64,000 nt of DNA from Acidobacteriota bacterium (GTDB lineage: Bacteria; Acidobacteriota; UBA4820; DSQY01), in contig JBMFSH010000010.1 of assembly GCA_049967655.1 (NCBI GenBank), forward strand, positions 1 to 64,000, read 5' to 3'. Positions within the stretch are counted from its first letter, which is position 1, and the number at the start of each line of letters is the position of its first letter. The notes below the pieces were generated by a model that saw nothing but the letters and a program-made list of their open reading frames with translations, was not told the origin of the DNA and searched no databases. Positions 37,873 through 47,025 of the stretch are shown here, piece by piece. Both the position numbers and the translations under genes were made by a program.

Positions 37873-39513
37873 TCACCGGTTCCGAACGGGCCGGAAGGCC
37901 TGGATGAAGCGCATCATCTCAGCCAGGTTGCTCACCTTGACCTTACCCATCATGAATGCCGACTGGGGGTTCACCGCGCCCGTCTCGATGCCCAGATAGG
38001 TGGCCTCCTTCATCTCGACGCGGCAGTCGGGCTCGCCCTCCAATCCCTCCGAGACCGAAACGGACTCGCCATCGATCCGGACCGTCCACTCGGGCGAGGC
38101 GGACCCCTGAATGCGGTAGTGGAAGAGCGAGCGCCAGCCGTCGGTCTTGCCCGGTCTCAGCCGGGCGGGCAGGGAGCGCATGAGCGCCTCCACGGTGCGG
38201 GGCGGCTCGGGCTGGGCCGGTGCGTCGCCGGCCGGTGGGCCGGAGGAAGAGGGCTCGGGCGGCGCCGGCACCGGCTGCCTGGGCTCGGCGGGCCGAGGCG
38301 GTCGTGTGTGTGCCGTCTGGCGGGGCGGCCGGGCCGAGGGCGCGGTCTTCTCCTCAGGCGAGCCCTGGTCCAGGGCCAAGCGGATGATGATTTCGCGCAT
38401 GATCTCCGAGGTGCCCGCCGCCATGGTGGCCGCCCGGGCGTCCCGGAAGAATCGCGCCGCCGGGTACTCCTCCATGAAGCCGTAGCCGCCGAAGAACTGG
38501 AGGCACTCGTCAGCCACTTTCTTGCCAAGCTCGGTGGCCATGAGCTTGGCCATGGAGGATTCGAGCACCGCCGGCCGGCCCTCCCGCCGCAGCCACGCGG
38601 CGTGGTAGGTGAGCTGGCGCGCGGCCTCCAGCTCGGCGTACAGGTCGGCCATGCGGTGACGCAGGACCTGGAAGCGGTCCAGCGGCCGGCCGAAGGCCTT
38701 GCGCTGGGCCATGTAGCGGCGCGTGAAGTCCAGGGCCACGACGGAGCTTCCGATGGAGATGGCGGCGGCGCAGAGCCGCTCCAGGGCGAAGCCCTCCATG
38801 ATCTGGTAGAAGCCGCTGTTCTCCTCGCCGATCAGGTGGCCGGCGGGGACGCGGACCTCCTCGAAGGAGAGCTCCGCCGTGTCCGAGCTGTGCCAGCCCA
38901 GCTTGCGCAAGCGGCGCGCCACGCGCACGCCGGGCGCGTCGGCGTCCACGGCCAGGAGGCTGATGCCCGCCGCTCCGTCCTCGGCGCTGCAGGTGCGCAC
39001 GGCGAGGGTGAAGAAATCGCCCTCGGCACCGTTGGTGATGAAGGTCTTGGCGCCGTTGACCACGAAGTGGTCGCCGTCACGCCGGGCGCGGGTGCGGATG
39101 GAGGCCACGTCCGAGCCCGTGTCGGGTTCGGTGATGGCGAGCGCCCCCACCTTGGCCCCGGCGATGGAGGGGGCGAGGTAGAGTCGCTTCAGTTCCTCCG
39201 AGCCGTTGGCGGCGATGTGGGCCGTGGCCATGAACTGCTGCACCGAGACGGAGGCGCAGAAGCCACCCATGAGGGAGCGGGGAAGCTCCTCCAGGAAGGC
39301 GATGGCGAAGAAGAGGTCGGCCTCCTGGCCGCCGTAGGCCTCGGGATGGAGGATCCCGAGGAAGCCCAGCTCGCCCATGCGCTGAAAGATGCTCCGGGGG
39401 ATGCGGCCCTCCTGCTCCCACGCCTCGGCGTGCGGGGCCACCTCCTCCGTCACGAACCGCCGGACGCTGCGGCGGAACGCTTCGTGCTCATCCGTGAAGT
39501 AGATGGACTTCAT
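37873..39513 (-). CDS. Acyl-CoA dehydrogenase fused via a Pro-rich linker to a C-terminal SCP2 domain
   Basis: AITEPDTGSD, NGAKTFITN, QFFGGYG, GTSEIMR; C-terminal WTVRID...PDCRVEM...NPQSAFMMGKVKVS. Confidence 0.9.
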   Translation of the reverse strand: MKSIYFTDEHEAFRRSVRRFVTEEVAPHAEAWEQEGRIPRSIFQRMGELGFLGILHPEAYGGQEADLFFAIAFLEELPRSLMGGFCASVSVQQFMATAHIAANGSEELKRLYLAPSIAGAKVGALAITEPDTGSDVASIRTRARRDGDHFVVNGAKTFITNGAEGDFFTLAVRTCSAEDGAAGISLLAVDADAPGVRVARRLRKLGWHSSDTAELSFEEVRVPAGHLIGEENSGFYQIMEGFALERLCAAAISIGSSVVALDFTRRYMAQRKAFGRPLDRFQVLRHRMADLYAELEAARQLTYHAAWLRREGRPAVLESSMAKLMATELGKKVADECLQFFGGYGFMEEYPAARFFRDARAATMAAGTSEIMREIIIRLALDQGSPEEKTAPSARPPRQTAHTRPPRPAEPRQPVPAPPEPSSSGPPAGDAPAQPEPPRTVEALMRSLPARLRPGKTDGWRSLFHYRIQGSASPEWTVRIDGESVSVSEGLEGEPDCRVEMKEATYLGIETGAVNPQSAFMMGKVKVSNLAEMMRFIQAFRPVRNR

Positions 39514-39540
39514 GGCCCGCTCCCGTTCAGCCAGACGCCT

Positions 39541-39596
39541 AATCGCTTAATCGCCTAATCGCTTAATCGCTTAATCGCCTAATCGCTTAATCGCCC
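39541..39596. repeat. Octamer tandem array (AATCGCYY)x7
   Basis: AATCGCTT/AATCGCCT units in phase between fadJ and the ACAD-SCP2 gene. Confidence 0.9.
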
Positions 39597-39622
39597 AGTT
39601 ACCTCGTCACCGAGCCCCCTCA

Positions 39623-41746
39623 TCATCCCTCGTAAAACTTCTTCCCGCTCTTGGCCATCTCGACGAGGAGCGGTGCGGGGTTGAAGCGCTGGCCGTGCAG
39701 CTTGGCGAGCGCCTCATACTGGTCCACGGCCTGGCGGGCGCCCAGGGCATCCAGGTACCGGAAGGGGCCGCCGCGGAAGGGAGGAAAGCCCAGGCCGAAG
39801 ACGGCGCCCACGTCCCCGTCGCGGGGGCAGGAGAGCACCCCCTCCTGGAGGCAGTGGACGGCCTCGTTGGCCATGAGGAGGGCGAGGCGCTCGGCCATGG
39901 CCTTGCGGTCCATGGGGCGCCGCGGCACGCCGCCGAGCAGGCCGTAGACCTCCGCGTTGGGCCGCTTCCTTCCCTTCTTCCCGCGGGGAGGATAGACGTA
40001 AAAGCCCCGGCCGTTCTTCCTCCCCTGGTAGCCGGCCTCAAAGAGCCTGGGCAGGGCGTCGCTCGCCCCCAGACCGCGGTGGGCGTACACGGGCCCGAGC
40101 TCCTTGGCGACGTGGGCGCCCACGTCGATGCCCACCTCGTCCAGGAGGGTGACCGGCCCCACGGGGTAGCCGAAATCCTTCAGTGCGCTGTCCAGATCCT
40201 CCATGCGCGCACCCTCCTCCAGGAGGAGCACCGCCTCGTTCAGGAAGGGGGAGAGAATACGCGTCGTGTAGAATCCTGGACCATCCTCCACCACGATGGC
40301 GGTCTTGCCCTGCTTCACGGCGAAGGCGCGGGCCGTGGCCACGGCCCAGGGCGCCGTCTTCTCGGCGACGACCAGCTCCAGCAGGGGCATCTTGGGCACC
40401 GGGGAGAAGTAGTGCATGCCGAGAACGCGCTCGGGGTGGAGAGCCTTCTCGGCGATTGCGGCGATGGGCAGGGCGGAGGTGTTGGAGGCGAAGACGCACT
40501 CGGCCGACACCAGCGCCTCTACCTCGGCGAGCACCTTCCGCTTGAGGTCGAGATCCTCGAAGACCGCCTCGATCACGAGGTCGGCCCGCCGCAGGGCCTC
40601 CGCCTCCTGGGTGAGGTGCAGGCGGGCAAAGAGGCGGTCGCGCTCGAAGCGGGAGATGGCTCCCGATTTGACGCGCTTGGAGAGGCCCGAATAGACGCCC
40701 CGCGCGCAGCCCTCCAGAGCCTTCTGCGAAAGGTCGCGGACCACCACGGGGGCCAGCTCCAGCGAGACGGCCGCGATGCCGCTGCCCATGAAGCCCGCCC
40801 CCAGCACGGCGAGCCGGCCGACGGGCCGCGGGGGCGTGGTGTCCAGCGGCTTCTTGAGTTCGGTGGTGGCCTCGAAGAGGCCGATGAGGGCCTTGCACTC
40901 GGGCCCCGCCACGAGCTGCCCGAAGAGGACCGATTCCCTGTCGTACCCGGCCTGCGGCCCCTTGGCGTAGCCCGTCCGGACGCAGTCCAGGATGGAGAGG
41001 GGCGAGGGATAGAGCCCGTGGGTTTTGGCGATCACGCTCTTGTGCGCCTGCCGGAAGAGGAGGACCCGGCCGGGGGCGGATTCGAGCAGTCTCTCCATCC
41101 AAGGGCGCCTCCTCCCGCTCCGCCGGATGGAGCCGTCGAGCAGCCCGAGGGCCGTGCGGATGGCCGTCTCCTCGATGCCGCCGGGGGAGGTGAGGGCGTC
41201 CACGAGCCCAATTTTGAGTGCCTTGCGGGCGCGCACGCGCTGGCCCGTGAGCATCATGGGCAGGGCCGCGGGCAGGCCCACGAGCCGCGGTAGGCGCACC
41301 GTGCCGCCGCCGGCGGGAAGCAGCCCCAACTGGACCTCGGGCAACCCCAGCACCACCTTGGGATCGTCCGCCGCCAGCCGGTAGTGGCAAGCCAGGGCCA
41401 CCTCCAGCCCGCCCCCCAGGGCGAGGCCCGCGATGGCGGCCACCGTGGGTTTGGAGGAGCCGGCCACCCGGTCGAGGAGGGTGTGGCCCTCGCGCGAGAA
41501 GCGCTCGCCCACCATGGGATCGCGGATGGAGAGGAAGAACTTGAGGTCGGCCCCCGCGATGAAGTTGTCGGGCTTCGCGCTGACGAGCACGCAGGCCTTG
41601 ACCCCTGGGTCGCCCTCGACGTCGTCGATGACGCCGCGGAACTCCTCCACCACCTCGGGGGAGAGGATGTTCACCTTGCCCTTGGGGTTGTCGAAGGTGA
41701 GAACGGCCACCCCGTCCGGTCGTTTGGTCACGCGGATCGCGCCCAT
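39623..41746 (-). CDS. fadJ: Fatty-acid oxidation complex alpha subunit (enoyl-CoA hydratase/3-hydroxyacyl-CoA dehydrogenase)
   Basis: FIAGAD, LGGGLE, GLPEVQLG, LGAGFMG, EAVFE, ASNTS, MHYFSPV, GFPPFRGGP. Confidence 0.93.
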   Translation of the reverse strand: MGAIRVTKRPDGVAVLTFDNPKGKVNILSPEVVEEFRGVIDDVEGDPGVKACVLVSAKPDNFIAGADLKFFLSIRDPMVGERFSREGHTLLDRVAGSSKPTVAAIAGLALGGGLEVALACHYRLAADDPKVVLGLPEVQLGLLPAGGGTVRLPRLVGLPAALPMMLTGQRVRARKALKIGLVDALTSPGGIEETAIRTALGLLDGSIRRSGRRRPWMERLLESAPGRVLLFRQAHKSVIAKTHGLYPSPLSILDCVRTGYAKGPQAGYDRESVLFGQLVAGPECKALIGLFEATTELKKPLDTTPPRPVGRLAVLGAGFMGSGIAAVSLELAPVVVRDLSQKALEGCARGVYSGLSKRVKSGAISRFERDRLFARLHLTQEAEALRRADLVIEAVFEDLDLKRKVLAEVEALVSAECVFASNTSALPIAAIAEKALHPERVLGMHYFSPVPKMPLLELVVAEKTAPWAVATARAFAVKQGKTAIVVEDGPGFYTTRILSPFLNEAVLLLEEGARMEDLDSALKDFGYPVGPVTLLDEVGIDVGAHVAKELGPVYAHRGLGASDALPRLFEAGYQGRKNGRGFYVYPPRGKKGRKRPNAEVYGLLGGVPRRPMDRKAMAERLALLMANEAVHCLQEGVLSCPRDGDVGAVFGLGFPPFRGGPFRYLDALGARQAVDQYEALAKLHGQRFNPAPLLVEMAKSGKKFYEG

Positions 41747-41748
41747 GG

Positions 41749-43044
41749 TCACACCCTCTCCAAGACGATGGCGTTGCCCACCGCTCCAGCGGCGCAGGCC
41801 GCCACCACTCCGAACCGGGCCCCCTCCCGCTCCATGCGGCGGCAGCAGGTGGTCACGAGCCTCCCGCCGGTGGCGCCGAAGGGGTGGCCGATGGAGAGGG
41901 AGCCGCCCCACGCGTTGAGCTTCTCCGGGTCGATGGCGCCCACGGGCTTCTCCGCCCCCAGGCGCTCTCGCGCAAAGCGCTCGTCCTCCAGCAGCCTGAG
42001 CACGGCGAGCATCTGCGCCGCGAAGGCCTCGTGGATCTCCCATACCCCCACCTCGGCAGGGGAGATGCCGGCGCTCTCCAGAACGCCGGGGATGGCGAAG
42101 GCCGGCCCCAGCAGCAGCTCGTCCAGGGGGTCTTGGGCCGTGGTGCTCACGGCGCGAAGGACGGCCAGTGGCTTGATCCCCTTGGCCTTCGCGCGCTCCT
42201 CGCTCATAAGGAGGACCGCCGAGGCGCCGTCCGTGAGGTAGGAGCTGTTGGCCGCCGTGACCGTGCCGAAGCGCCGGTCGAAGGCCGGCTTGAGGGAGGC
42301 CATCTTCTCGTAGGTGGAGTCCCCCCGCACGCCGTTGTCCGCCTGCACGACCTTGAAGGCGGGCGGCGCGTAGAGGGGCACGATCTGGTCCGCGAAGAGC
42401 CCCTTGCGGGCCGCCTCCGCCGCCCGCTGGTGGGAGCGCAGGGCGTAGGCGTCCTGGTCAGCCCGGGAGATGCCCAGGCGCTTGGCCAGGCGCTCGGCGT
42501 TCTGCCCCATGGAGAGGCCCGTGGAGAAGTCGGCGATGGCGGGCACCTCGGGTGCAAGGTCGTGGAACTTCAGCCCCTTGGCCATGCCGAGCAAGCCCTT
42601 CAGCCCGCGGCTCTTCTGGCTGGCCATGAGGCGCTTTCGGATGTTTCTGGAAACCCGGATGGGCGCGTCGGAGAGGGTGTCGGTCCCCCCGGCGATGGCC
42701 ACCTCCGCCTGCCCCAGGGCGATAGCGTTGGCGGCGCTCAGGATGGCGAGGTTGGCCGAGACGCAGGCCACGGTCACGGTGAAGGCGGGGACCGACACCG
42801 GGAGGCCGCTCGCCAGGCCCACCTCGCGGGCCACGTTGCTCGTGGCGGGGTCCTGGAGGACCGTCCCCATTACCAGGAGCTCCACCTCGCCGGGCTCCAC
42901 CGGAGCGTGGTGGAGCAGCCCGGCCACCGCGTGGCGGCCGAGGTCGTAGGCGGTCAACTCCGCGAAGGCGGTCCCCGAGCGGGCGAAGGGCGTGCGCCGG
43001 CCGTCCATCACGACGACGCGGCGCCCGTTCATGACGCTTTTCAT
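41749..43044 (-). CDS. fadI: Acetyl-CoA C-acyltransferase (thiolase)
   Basis: VACVS, HEAF, GHPFGATG, ACAAG. Confidence 0.92.
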   Translation of the reverse strand: MKSVMNGRRVVVMDGRRTPFARSGTAFAELTAYDLGRHAVAGLLHHAPVEPGEVELLVMGTVLQDPATSNVAREVGLASGLPVSVPAFTVTVACVSANLAILSAANAIALGQAEVAIAGGTDTLSDAPIRVSRNIRKRLMASQKSRGLKGLLGMAKGLKFHDLAPEVPAIADFSTGLSMGQNAERLAKRLGISRADQDAYALRSHQRAAEAARKGLFADQIVPLYAPPAFKVVQADNGVRGDSTYEKMASLKPAFDRRFGTVTAANSSYLTDGASAVLLMSEERAKAKGIKPLAVLRAVSTTAQDPLDELLLGPAFAIPGVLESAGISPAEVGVWEIHEAFAAQMLAVLRLLEDERFARERLGAEKPVGAIDPEKLNAWGGSLSIGHPFGATGGRLVTTCCRRMEREGARFGVVAACAAGAVGNAIVLERV

Positions 43045-43105
43045 TGCTATCCCCCATCCATAGGCAACCGGGCCAGCGTCCGAATCCGCGCGGAGCTGCC
43101 ACTCT

Positions 43106-43134
43106 TTTGTATGCGCCCCGCGAGGGGGTGTCAA
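43106..43134 (-). promoter_or_regulatory. Sigma70 promoter of the fad operon
   Basis: TTGACA-N17-TACAAA on the minus strand. Confidence 0.7.
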
Positions 43135-43168
43135 GGCTGACGCGCGCTCTTCGCGCCCCCCCTCCCTC

Positions 43169-43279
43169 CATCGCCCAATCGCTCAATCGCTCAATCGCTC
43201 AATCGCTCAATCGCCTAATAGCTCAATCGCTCAATCGCCTATAGCTCAATCGCTCAATCGCCTAATAGCTCAATCGCTT
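43169..43279. repeat. Octamer tandem array (about 14 units, AATCGCTC/AATCGCCT/AATAGCTC) with a higher-order 24-mer
   Basis: Read directly; one unit is 7 nt (ATAGCTC). Confidence 0.92.
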
Positions 43280-43409
43280 CTTCGCTCCATCTCCCAACCC
43301 CTATCCAGTGCTATCCTACCCACGGCCCGCCACCCGAAGATCTCCACGGTCACCCACGCGGGATGAAAGCGGGCCCGAGCGCCGTTGCGGGTTCTGGAGG
43401 AGAGAGGCC

Positions 43410-43919
43410 ATGGCAGACGATCGGAACGCCGAGGATCAGGGTCTGGTGACGATCCGCACCTACATGACCGTGCTGGAGGTGGAGTGGGCCCGCTCGGTGC
43501 TGGCCTCCGCCGGACTCTGCTGCTTCGTCCCGGACGCCGTGGGGGGGACTCTCTTTCCGATGCCCGGCGGCATTCGCCTCCAGGTGCCAGCCTCTGCGGC
43601 CGAGGAGTCCGAGCGCGTCCTCGCCGGCCAGGAGCTTGAAAGAGGGCTGGGATCGGAGACGCCCCACGGCGGGGAGGCCGCCGCGGAAACCGAGCCCGGC
43701 TCCCCGGACGAGGAGCCCGAGACCGTGGAGGCGGTAGAGCCACACGACCTCTGCCCGTCGCCGCCCTTCCTGTTCTGCCCAGCCTGCGGCTCCCTGGCCG
43801 TAAGGGAGACGCCCCCTCCGAAGTACGCCGCCGAAAGCGCCCTCAGCGGCGCCCTCTCGCGCTTTCTGGGCCGTGGCTGGCACCGTTGCGCCGACTGCGG
43901 CCACGAGTGGAAGGGCTGA
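43410..43919 (+). CDS. DUF2007-like signalling protein with acidic linker and C-terminal Zn ribbon
   Basis: LVTIRTY...ARSVLASAG...GGIRLQV; CPACG and CADCG; GGAGG RBS; TGCTATCCT extended -10 at 43310. Confidence 0.75.
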   Translation: MADDRNAEDQGLVTIRTYMTVLEVEWARSVLASAGLCCFVPDAVGGTLFPMPGGIRLQVPASAAEESERVLAGQELERGLGSETPHGGEAAAETEPGSPDEEPETVEAVEPHDLCPSPPFLFCPACGSLAVRETPPPKYAAESALSGALSRFLGRGWHRCADCGHEWKG

Positions 43920-43946
43920 GGACCGCCCCTTCGGTCTTTTAGGCCA

Positions 43947-45065
43947 TCAGCGCCCGAACTCACTGAGGTTGCGCAGGAAGTGCAAGGTGTCCTCTCGGGT
44001 GAGCATGCCCACCATGCGCCCGCCGTCTATCACGGGGAGCTGGTTGACCCCGTCCCGCTGCATCTCGTCTACGGCCCGCCAGAGTTCGGTGTCGGGGGCG
44101 AGGAGCTGGAGCTTCTCTACGGGGATCATGGCCTGCTCGCACGTCGTCGTGGCCCACGAGGCCCTTGGGATCTCCCTCAGGCGGTGGAGCGTGAGGAGTC
44201 CGGCTAGGCTGTTGCCGCGCTCCACGACGAAGCAGCGCCGCCCGCTGCCCAGGATGTGCTCGTCCACCAGGCGCTGTAGCGTCAGGTCCGCGGGGACGGA
44301 GGCATACTCCTTGCTCATGGCCTCCGAGACCCGATGGCCGGCCAGCACGTCGTGCGCGTCCTGGGTGTGGATCTGTCCGGCCGCGGCGCTGTCCAGGAAC
44401 CATCCGATGAAGGCGATCCACACGCCGTCCATGAAATTGCCGGTGAGCACCTCCCAGACGCCGTAGAAGATGAAGAGGAGCGCCACGAAGCGCCCGACCC
44501 ACGCGGCCATCAGCGTGGCCTTGCGGAAGCTGCCCGTGACCCCCCAGACCACGGCCCTCAAGACGCGTCCTCCGTCCAGCGGAAAGCCCGGGATGAGGTT
44601 GAACAGGACCAGCATGCCGTTGATGAGGGCCAGGTACTCGGCCAGAGCCAGGACGGGCCCGGCGGAGGTGAGACTCAGTCGCAGCAGGCCGAAGAGAAGG
44701 GCCAAGGCTAAGCTGACCGCCGGTCCCGCCACGGCGATCCAGAACTCCGCCAGGGCGCTGGGGGGCTCGGCACCGATCTGGGCCACACCCCCGAAGATGA
44801 AGAGCGTGATGCTGCGCACGGGGATTTTGTAGCGCATGGCTACCACCGAGTGCCCCAGCTCGTGCAGTAGAACGCTCGCGAAGAGCAGGATGGCCGTCAG
44901 GGCGCCCATCGCCCAGTAGAGCCCCGCCGGCCAGCCCGGGAACTCGTGGGGGTAGTAGCTCGCCGCGAGCGACCAGGTGATCAGGCCGAAGATCAGGAAC
45001 CAGGTGTAGTCCAATCCGATGGGGATTCCCAGGATGCGTCCTAGGGGAATGGTATTGCGTCCCAT
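43947..45065 (-). CDS. Site-2 protease (M50) with CBS pair
   Basis: HELGH, FNLIPGFPLDGGR, two C-terminal CBS domains. Confidence 0.93.
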   Translation of the reverse strand: MGRNTIPLGRILGIPIGLDYTWFLIFGLITWSLAASYYPHEFPGWPAGLYWAMGALTAILLFASVLLHELGHSVVAMRYKIPVRSITLFIFGGVAQIGAEPPSALAEFWIAVAGPAVSLALALLFGLLRLSLTSAGPVLALAEYLALINGMLVLFNLIPGFPLDGGRVLRAVVWGVTGSFRKATLMAAWVGRFVALLFIFYGVWEVLTGNFMDGVWIAFIGWFLDSAAAGQIHTQDAHDVLAGHRVSEAMSKEYASVPADLTLQRLVDEHILGSGRRCFVVERGNSLAGLLTLHRLREIPRASWATTTCEQAMIPVEKLQLLAPDTELWRAVDEMQRDGVNQLPVIDGGRMVGMLTREDTLHFLRNLSEFGR

Positions 45066-45145
45066 GGTTCATCTCCTAGACAGAACGTCAGCCGAGGCGA
45101 CCGGCGGCCGGAAGGAACCGACGGCGGAGGGTTAGGCCTGGGCGC

Positions 45146-46003
45146 CTACTCAACCTTGGCCCCCTGGCGCGCGCTCCTGACCTCCCTGAAGGAGTATAGC
45201 AGCGCCGGCAGGGCTACGAAGAGCATGAAGAGACCCACGAGCACCTCCCCCGAATCGAGGAAGACGTACCGGTCCCACCCCAGGAGGGCCAGGATGCCGG
45301 CGAGGGCGAAGAGCAGCCCGCCGAAGAAGAGCGTGCGTCCGCCGGTCTGGGAGCCGATGCGGCGGATCTCCTGCTCGCTGAGGAGGTGCGTCCAGTGGAG
45401 GGAGGCGCCGAAGAGCGCCCCCACGGCGGCCAGGGTGAGCATGGTCCCCAAGCCGAAGAGGAGGCCGGGAAGGAAGCCCAGCCAGGCGCTTCCCATGGCC
45501 GGGGCCGCCACGGTGTTCACGAAAAGGGAGAAGGGGCCGAAGCCGAAGGCCGCGATGAAACCGTGTACTAGGGTCCAGCGCACGGGCGGCGCCTGTGGAG
45601 CCTGCGCCTTGTGGGTGTGGCGCATCTTCAGGACGTTGCTCGTGCACTCCATCCCGTTCCCCGCCTCGTGGTGGTGCCCCAGCAGGTGCAGGTGGAGGTA
45701 GCGGTTGCGCCGCAGCACGACGGTGCCCGCCGCCGTCATGACCGCTCCCACCGCCACGTAGACGATGCCGTCGAGCAGAGGGAGGCGCAGGAAGGGCGCC
45801 AGGGCCAGGTAGGCGAGCTCGGAGACGATCATGCGCTGGAAGGTGAAGGCCGCCGAGAAGTACAGCCCCGCCCGCATGCCCTCCCATCCGCTGGCGCCGC
45901 CGATGGCGTAGCTGAAGGTGATGGGCCAGGTGTGCTCGTCGGGGAGGATCCCGTGCAGGAGTCCGAAGAGGAGCGAATAGGTCAGCGCCAGAATAGGGCT
46001 CAT
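45146..46003 (-). CDS. His-rich membrane protein, NiCoT/UreH/RcnA-like metal transporter
   Basis: GLLHGILPDEHTW in TM1, HLHLLGHHH loop, VHGFIA, FGLGTM. Confidence 0.65.
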   Translation of the reverse strand: MSPILALTYSLLFGLLHGILPDEHTWPITFSYAIGGASGWEGMRAGLYFSAAFTFQRMIVSELAYLALAPFLRLPLLDGIVYVAVGAVMTAAGTVVLRRNRYLHLHLLGHHHEAGNGMECTSNVLKMRHTHKAQAPQAPPVRWTLVHGFIAAFGFGPFSLFVNTVAAPAMGSAWLGFLPGLLFGLGTMLTLAAVGALFGASLHWTHLLSEQEIRRIGSQTGGRTLFFGGLLFALAGILALLGWDRYVFLDSGEVLVGLFMLFVALPALLYSFREVRSARQGAKVE

Positions 46004-46109
46004 GGCCGTGCCTCCACCCTATGCTAACACGACCGGCCGCACGCCCGCTTTCTCCCCCCCCGCGGCCCTCCTTGCGCTCCGACGTCTCTGGCCGGATGGT
46101 GGCGCTCTG

Positions 46110-46499
46110 CTACGGGGCCACCGTGGCCCCGTGCTCGCGGAGGAGCTCCCGAAGCACCGACCGGTGACAGTGGGATTCGTCTTCGCAGTAGCAGCCCACG
46201 GAGAGGTTCGTCTGGTGCGAGAGGGCGGCCAGCAGCGCGAGCAGGCGCTCGGCCTCCGGCCGCTTCATCTCGGCCCGGTAGCGCCGCTCGAAGGCCCGCC
46301 AGGCCCGCTCGTCGGTCGCCTGTTGCGCCTCCTTCACCAGCTTCTCCGAGGGGGCCAGCTCTGGCAGCCACGCGTCGTAGAAGTCCCGCGAGGCGTGCTC
46401 CGCCTTCGGCACCCCCCGCGGCGGCCGCCGCACCGTCCCCAGCCTCAGCCCCTCGCCCTCCGCCCTTGGGCTTCCTAGCCGCACCACCCGGATCGCCAT
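46110..46499 (-). CDS. DUF488 (YeaO-like) protein
   Basis: RRPPRGVPK, WLPELAPS, CYCEDESHCHR; GAGGAGG RBS. Confidence 0.88.
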   Translation of the reverse strand: MAIRVVRLGSPRAEGEGLRLGTVRRPPRGVPKAEHASRDFYDAWLPELAPSEKLVKEAQQATDERAWRAFERRYRAEMKRPEAERLLALLAALSHQTNLSVGCYCEDESHCHRSVLRELLREHGATVAP

Positions 46500-46575
46500 G
46501 GCAACCTCCTCCTCCCCGCCTCCGTCTGGCCACACTATAGCGCAGGAGGGGCGGGGAGCGAGACGCGCGCAAGGG

Positions 46576-46614
46576 TTCACCACGGAGGACGCGGAGAGCA
46601 CGGAGGAAGAGGGG
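46576..46614 (+). repeat. 9-mer-based dispersed repeat, left copy
   Basis: TTCACCACGGAGGACGCGGAGAGCACGGAGGAAGAGGGG; inverted copy at 48815-48854. Confidence 0.8.
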
Positions 46615-46629
46615 CGAGGAGGCACGGGG

Positions 46630-46773
46630 GCGATGAAGCGATTAGGCGATTAAGCGATTAAGCGATTAAGCGATGAAGCGATGAAGCGATGAAGCGATTA
46701 AGCGATGAAGCGATGAAGCGATTGGGCCATGAGGCGATTGCGTGATGAGGTGATGAGGTGATGAGGTGATGAG
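46630..46773. repeat. Octamer tandem array, 18 phased units drifting from GCGATTAA/GCGATGAA to GTGATGAG
   Basis: Read directly; GCGATTAA is a rotated reverse complement of the AATCGCTT unit at 39541. Confidence 0.92.
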
Positions 46774-46845
46774 GGCGCGGGGAGGCCTTCGAAGGCGGCA
46801 CGCTGAACGGCTGCCTTCTTCGCTCCTTCACTCCCTTCACCCCGT

Positions 46846-46870
46846 GTAGGAACGCTCTCCGGAGCGCGAT
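46846..46870 (+). repeat. GTAG-type REP-like palindrome, copy 1
   Basis: GTAG-GAACG-CTCTCCGGAGCGCGAT; second copy at 62977. Confidence 0.6.
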
Positions 46871-46974
46871 GGCTTCCAGCCGAGCAGGGGCGCACTTGGG
46901 AGCCGGCTGTAGGCGTCGGCCACGCCGGTCGCGGCCTGGCCCTTCTTCGGCGGACACGGCTTCGCCCGAGGCGC

Positions 46975-47001
46975 TGAAACCGGATCGCCCGCTCCTCCGT
47001 C
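46975..47001 (+). promoter_or_regulatory. ECF sigma promoter (probably autoregulatory)
   Basis: TGAAAC-N17-CGTC about 25 nt upstream of the first gene of the ECF cassette. Confidence 0.72.
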
Positions 47002-47025
47002 CAAGGGACCTGAAGGAGGATTCCC

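Noticed and set aside
43169..43279. Octamer arrays as a CRISPR array or as coding repeats (SIAQSLNR, LIASSL ORFs)
   Set aside because: No unique spacers, no cas genes, unit far too short; the ORFs are by-products of the repeats and lack an RBS
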